A DNA stretch of 17,707 bases, from the NCBI GenBank assembly GCA_041640075.1, contig JBEQAY010000023.1, positions 1-17,707 of the forward strand. Direction: 5' to 3'. Each line of letters starts with the position of its first letter. The stretch's first letter is position 1. The notes beneath the pieces are model-generated. The model was not told where the DNA came from. It ran no database searches and saw only the letters and a list, made by a program, of their open reading frames with translations. The position numbers and the translations under genes are program-made. Source of the stretch: Candidatus Nanohaloarchaea archaeon. Its GTDB lineage: Archaea > Nanohalarchaeota > Nanosalinia > Nanosalinales > Nanosalinaceae. Of the stretch, positions 14,104 through 17,707 are shown in pieces.

Positions 14104-15237
14104 ATGAAGTCTGCTCCATTCCAGATACAGCTGAAGGCGAAATCCGGTGGCGAGAAGGAAGTTTATACCTTCAGATCAGCGCACGGAGTGGAGGACTCTG
14201 AGACCATAAAACCTGAGGAAGTTCTTCTGCTTCAGGGCGTGGATGTTGAAAATACTTCAGCGGTTCTGTGCGTGGACTCGCGCATAGGCGTACCTGGATG
14301 CGTGATCGGTGACAGGGTTACAGCCGGTAGGGTTCTTATGACGGATTCAGATGCACGTGCCAGTCTTTTATCCGAGTTAAACAGGAAAAAGAATACTATC
14401 GCAAGCGCAGAGGTCATGCTTACCTCGGATATACGGGAGGACTGCCTCAGAAAGTTTGACGTCGCGACTTACATACCTAAGAACTCTGATCCTGCGCACG
14501 TGGTCAGGCAGAAAATCTTCGAGGTAGCTGGCAACATGCGTGAGAACTCCACTCTTTACTTCTCCGCGGAGAAGTTGACTGCCGAGAAGTACAGGGATTT
14601 CCTGGAGAGGTTTGGCGAAGTCTCTGAGAAAGTTAAGGGCAACTGCAAGTTACTGGAGGTCAGGGATCCGACACAGCCAAGGAACGAAGGTTTCATGCAG
14701 TACAGGAAGATAGAACACTCGATTAAGGGGGCTGACTGTAAGTTCAAACTTATCGAAGGATTCTCAACTGGTGAGGAAAGGAGTGCTGTGGAGATGCTTA
14801 CACGTGAACTGGAACCAGAGAAGGGTGAGAAAGTTCTTGACTTCTCAAGCAGCTTTGGAGGCGTAGGAATTTTTCTTTCAAAATTGGAGGAAGTTGAACC
14901 AGTCTTTGTGACCAGAAACACATACTTGAGAGATTTAACGAAGGAAAACTGCAATTTGAACAGTCTAGAGAATTTTAAATCGTTAACAGAGGACGGTGTT
15001 GAAGGCTTTAATTCTTCAGAGTTTGATAAAGTTGCCTATCGCATCAATCCTTCGTTTCACGAGGATGTAGTTGAACAGGATCTGCGTGAGATCCGCAGGG
15101 TTTTGAAACCGGGCGGGGAAGTTTTCGTCTGCCATGACAGAGGATTTGAAGCCCGTAAGTTGATGGAAAGGCTCTATGAAGATGTTGAGTTATCGCGGCG
15201 TGAGGTAGATCAGCAGGTACTGGTCTCTGTAAAATAG
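14104..15237 (+). CDS. Two-domain RsmC/MTS-like class I methyltransferase with degenerate motifs
   Basis: Two Rossmann-like halves. KVLDFSSSFGGVG replaces LDxGCGxG, INPSFH replaces NPPFH, and RVLKPGG is retained. TATA-like TTTATATT at 14064-14071. Confidence 0.72.
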   Translation: MKSAPFQIQLKAKSGGEKEVYTFRSAHGVEDSETIKPEEVLLLQGVDVENTSAVLCVDSRIGVPGCVIGDRVTAGRVLMTDSDARASLLSELNRKKNTIASAEVMLTSDIREDCLRKFDVATYIPKNSDPAHVVRQKIFEVAGNMRENSTLYFSAEKLTAEKYRDFLERFGEVSEKVKGNCKLLEVRDPTQPRNEGFMQYRKIEHSIKGADCKFKLIEGFSTGEERSAVEMLTRELEPEKGEKVLDFSSSFGGVGIFLSKLEEVEPVFVTRNTYLRDLTKENCNLNSLENFKSLTEDGVEGFNSSEFDKVAYRINPSFHEDVVEQDLREIRRVLKPGGEVFVCHDRGFEARKLMERLYEDVELSRREVDQQVLVSVK

Positions 15238-15317
15238 AACTTCAGGTCCTGGATGCAGGAAATTTCTGAGTTAATGCTCTGGAAATATTTATTAAAGATG
15301 TTAAAGAATCATTGTAT

Positions 15318-15986
15318 ATGGCCGATAACGATACGGATTTTGACGATATTCTGGAAGGGACTGTTGACGAAGTAACTGACGCAATTGATGAACTGGATGA
15401 TGTAGACTTCGATGGACTGCTTGAAGCAGAGAAGAACGGAAAAGACAGGAAAACCGTTAAGGAGCACATCGAATCGCTCATGGATGATGAGGAAGAGAAC
15501 CCTATCGAAGAAGCTGATGAGTCCGCTGAAGAGGTCGTAGAGGAGATTGAAGAGGAAACTGAAGGAGGATTCCTTGGTTCCTTCTCAAAGACTTCTGTAC
15601 TAGGCGGAGGGCTTATCTTGGGAATCATCCTGGGCTTCGCTGTAGCATCGTTCTCTGGACCTGGAGGAGCAAATCCCAGTACGGTACAGGAGAACGTCAG
15701 AACTATTGCAGCACCAGGAGACTTCAACGGAACGGTTGAAGTGACAGATCCAGTCAGAAGGAACTCAATGTACTATATGAACGTCACAATGTCTCAGGAT
15801 ACTGTTAACGGCACAGCTGAGCAGACTCAGGGAGTTTACGTAACCCTTGATGGTCAGAAGCTGTTCGTTGAACAGGTGCAGCTTGGACGGACTCTAAGTC
15901 CGGTAGACATCCCAAGCACGCTTGATCGAATAGAGGCACAGCAGAATCAAGAGACACAGCAGCCTGAGGCTAACGTCACACAGTAA
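15318..15986 (+). CDS. Single-pass membrane protein with acidic N-terminal domain
   Basis: Acidic N-terminus with LLEAEKNGKDRKTV, TM helix VLGGGLILGIILGFAVA, and an external domain with VYVTLDGQKLF and several NxT sequons. ATG 15318 follows TTTATTAAA. Confidence 0.8.
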   Translation: MADNDTDFDDILEGTVDEVTDAIDELDDVDFDGLLEAEKNGKDRKTVKEHIESLMDDEEENPIEEADESAEEVVEEIEEETEGGFLGSFSKTSVLGGGLILGIILGFAVASFSGPGGANPSTVQENVRTIAAPGDFNGTVEVTDPVRRNSMYYMNVTMSQDTVNGTAEQTQGVYVTLDGQKLFVEQVQLGRTLSPVDIPSTLDRIEAQQNQETQQPEANVTQ

Positions 15987-16078
15987 AAAAGTCCCTTCAG
16001 ACTTGGAAAGAACCTACATATTTTCTCTATTTTTTCTTTACGAAAAACTCTAAAGCCTTAGCTCCAGAAAACCTGTAC

Positions 16079-16636
16079 ATGACAGATGTAATCGTGATAG
16101 GTGGCGGAGTGGCAGGACTCCAGGCAGGAGTCTTCACAGCAAAAGCAGGAGAAGAAACACTTGTACTAGACTCAGGAGAATCACTGGTGCTCAACACTTC
16201 AAACATCCAGAACCTGATCACACAGGAATCAATAGCAGGACAGGAAGTCCTGAAGAGAGGCAAGGAAAAACTAGAAGACTTCGGAGGAGAATTTGGAGAA
16301 GAAGAGGTAAAAACTCTTGAAAGAACAGAGCAAGGCCTCAGAGTGGAAACCACTGAAGACCAATACCAACCTGATTACGTTGTTATCGCCTCGGCAGGGA
16401 ATCATGACTACATAGAACTTGATCTGGACTACGAGGACGGTGTAGAAGGCCCTTATATGATGGATGAACACATCGTAACAGATGACTCAAACCGAGCAGC
16501 TGAAGGTGTATATGCAGCGGGTCTTGCTAACTCCTGGGAGTATCAGACATCGACAGCTATTGGAGACGGAGCAAAAGCTGCTGTCAACCTTCTAAGTGAC
16601 CTGAAAGGGGAGCCCTACACTGACCACGACACATAG
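16079..16636 (+). CDS. Short thioredoxin-reductase-like FAD-dependent oxidoreductase
   Basis: VIVIGGGVAG, VVIASAG, GVYAAG and AIGDGAKAA motifs. Only 185 aa, with no NADPH domain and no CxxC. Confidence 0.85.
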   Translation: MTDVIVIGGGVAGLQAGVFTAKAGEETLVLDSGESLVLNTSNIQNLITQESIAGQEVLKRGKEKLEDFGGEFGEEEVKTLERTEQGLRVETTEDQYQPDYVVIASAGNHDYIELDLDYEDGVEGPYMMDEHIVTDDSNRAAEGVYAAGLANSWEYQTSTAIGDGAKAAVNLLSDLKGEPYTDHDT

Positions 16637-16675
16637 AAAACTTTCCTGGTTCCTTCATTTTCCAGTGATGGTGGT

Positions 16676-17335
16676 ATGAAGTACGATGCGGTAATATTCG
16701 ATTTTGATGGTGTACTGATGGATTCCGGCTTCGACGGTTTCCAGTGGGCTCTTGAGGAACGTCATAAGGTAATAGAAGAGAATGGATGGGATCTGAACCT
16801 GGATAAACTTGAACGGGGAATTTTCCAGCCGGATCACTCCGAGAACATTAAAGAGATTCTGAATGAGGAGAATCTCTCCTGGCGGCAGTTGAAACAGATG
16901 GAGAAAGCCGTAGCTGAAAGAAAAGTTGAGATGGCTAGCACCGGTGAAATAGAAATTTTTGAAGATGCTGAAGAAATTTTGAACGCTCTTGACTGTCCTA
17001 AAGCCATCGTCAGCAACGCATACAACGACTATCTGCAGAAACTTCTTGAGGAACTTGATATAGAAAACTACATAGATTTCTGGATTGCTCCAAGAATCGA
17101 AGACATCAGGAATTACCGTGAAAAGATGAAACCTGAGCCAGAGATGGTTGAAGAAGCTCTAGAACAACTTGAGGCTCAGAACGCTGTAATGATAGGAGAT
17201 CAAGTTAGTGACATACTTGCAGCCCGCAATGCAGGCATAGACTCAATATACATAAACAGAAGCGGAGATACAGAAGCTAAAGCCGATTACTCGGTGAAAA
17301 ATTTGACAGAGGCACTTCAGATAATACAGGGCTAG
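16676..17335 (+). CDS. HAD-superfamily hydrolase (phosphoglycolate phosphatase-like)
   Basis: FDFDGVL, VSN, KPEP and IGDQVSD motifs I-IV. Confidence 0.92.
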   Translation: MKYDAVIFDFDGVLMDSGFDGFQWALEERHKVIEENGWDLNLDKLERGIFQPDHSENIKEILNEENLSWRQLKQMEKAVAERKVEMASTGEIEIFEDAEEILNALDCPKAIVSNAYNDYLQKLLEELDIENYIDFWIAPRIEDIRNYREKMKPEPEMVEEALEQLEAQNAVMIGDQVSDILAARNAGIDSIYINRSGDTEAKADYSVKNLTEALQIIQG

Positions 17336-17707
17336 CCGTCAATTAATTCCTTGATCTGCTTGGCAGCCTCTACCAGTCTCGGTCCAGGCCGATTCAGAAG
17401 TGAGTCATCGATCCTGTAGACGTCTCCATTCTCTACTGCTGTGAGATCCTGCCACTCCTCACGTTCACTGATAATCTTCTTTGGCTGAAGATTTTCACCA
17501 GCACCGCAGATGTTGAATATGATGTACTCTGGATCAAACTCTTTCAGGTTTTCCAGAGGGAATTTCCGGCTTCTACCGCCGTCTATAAAGTATCGGCCAC
17601 CGATTTTCTGGATTATATCTGGTATCCAGTTACCGGAAACCATGGGAGGATCCATCCATTCCTCACAGTAAATCCTCGGGGCATCCTGCAGTTCTATTTT
17701 CCGGAAG
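17332..17707 (-). CDS. Cobalamin/iron-siderophore ABC substrate-binding protein (BtuF-like), 5' end outside the window
   Basis: Frame stays open to the window edge: FRKIELQDAPRIYCEEWMDPPMVSGNWIPD...AVENGDVY...LLNRPGPRL. Confidence 0.82.
   Translation of the reverse strand, partial: FRKIELQDAPRIYCEEWMDPPMVSGNWIPDIIQKIGGRYFIDGGRSRKFPLENLKEFDPEYIIFNICGAGENLQPKKIISEREEWQDLTAVENGDVYRIDDSLLNRPGPRLVEAAKQIKELIDG

Noticed and set aside
1..17707. CRISPR array, rRNA or transposase
   Set aside because: No regularly spaced repeats, rRNA-like sequence or transposase/integrase motifs were seen.

Overview
Gene-dense archaeal DNA with a strongly acidic proteome, moderate GC and TATA-like boxes often about 25-30 nt before start codons. 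The best guess is a halophilic DPANN lineage such as Nanohaloarchaeota (inference). From left to right it holds a truncated ParB/Srx-motif ORF, tRNA-Leu(TAG) behind a multi-hairpin segment, a degenerate MBL-fold protein, a secreted protein and glmS. A divergent HTH regulator is followed by a PD-(D/E)XK protein and a small Toprim protein. Next come pterin dehydratase, a beta-CASP nuclease and a three-gene PolB2 cassette (RadA/ImuA-like, arCOG07300-like, PolB2) with a structured upstream region. The right part has tRNA-Trp(CCA) with a 121-nt BHB intron, nnrE, a Ser-type sulfatase, a possible small ORF, a degenerate RsmC-like methyltransferase, a membrane protein, a short TrxB-like flavoprotein, a HAD hydrolase and a truncated BtuF-like protein. 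The most interesting signals are non-coding: a rearranged box C/D guide in the tRNA-Trp intron, the hairpin array before tRNA-Leu, and the switch-like region before the PolB2 cassette. All calls come from reading motifs by eye; no searches were run.
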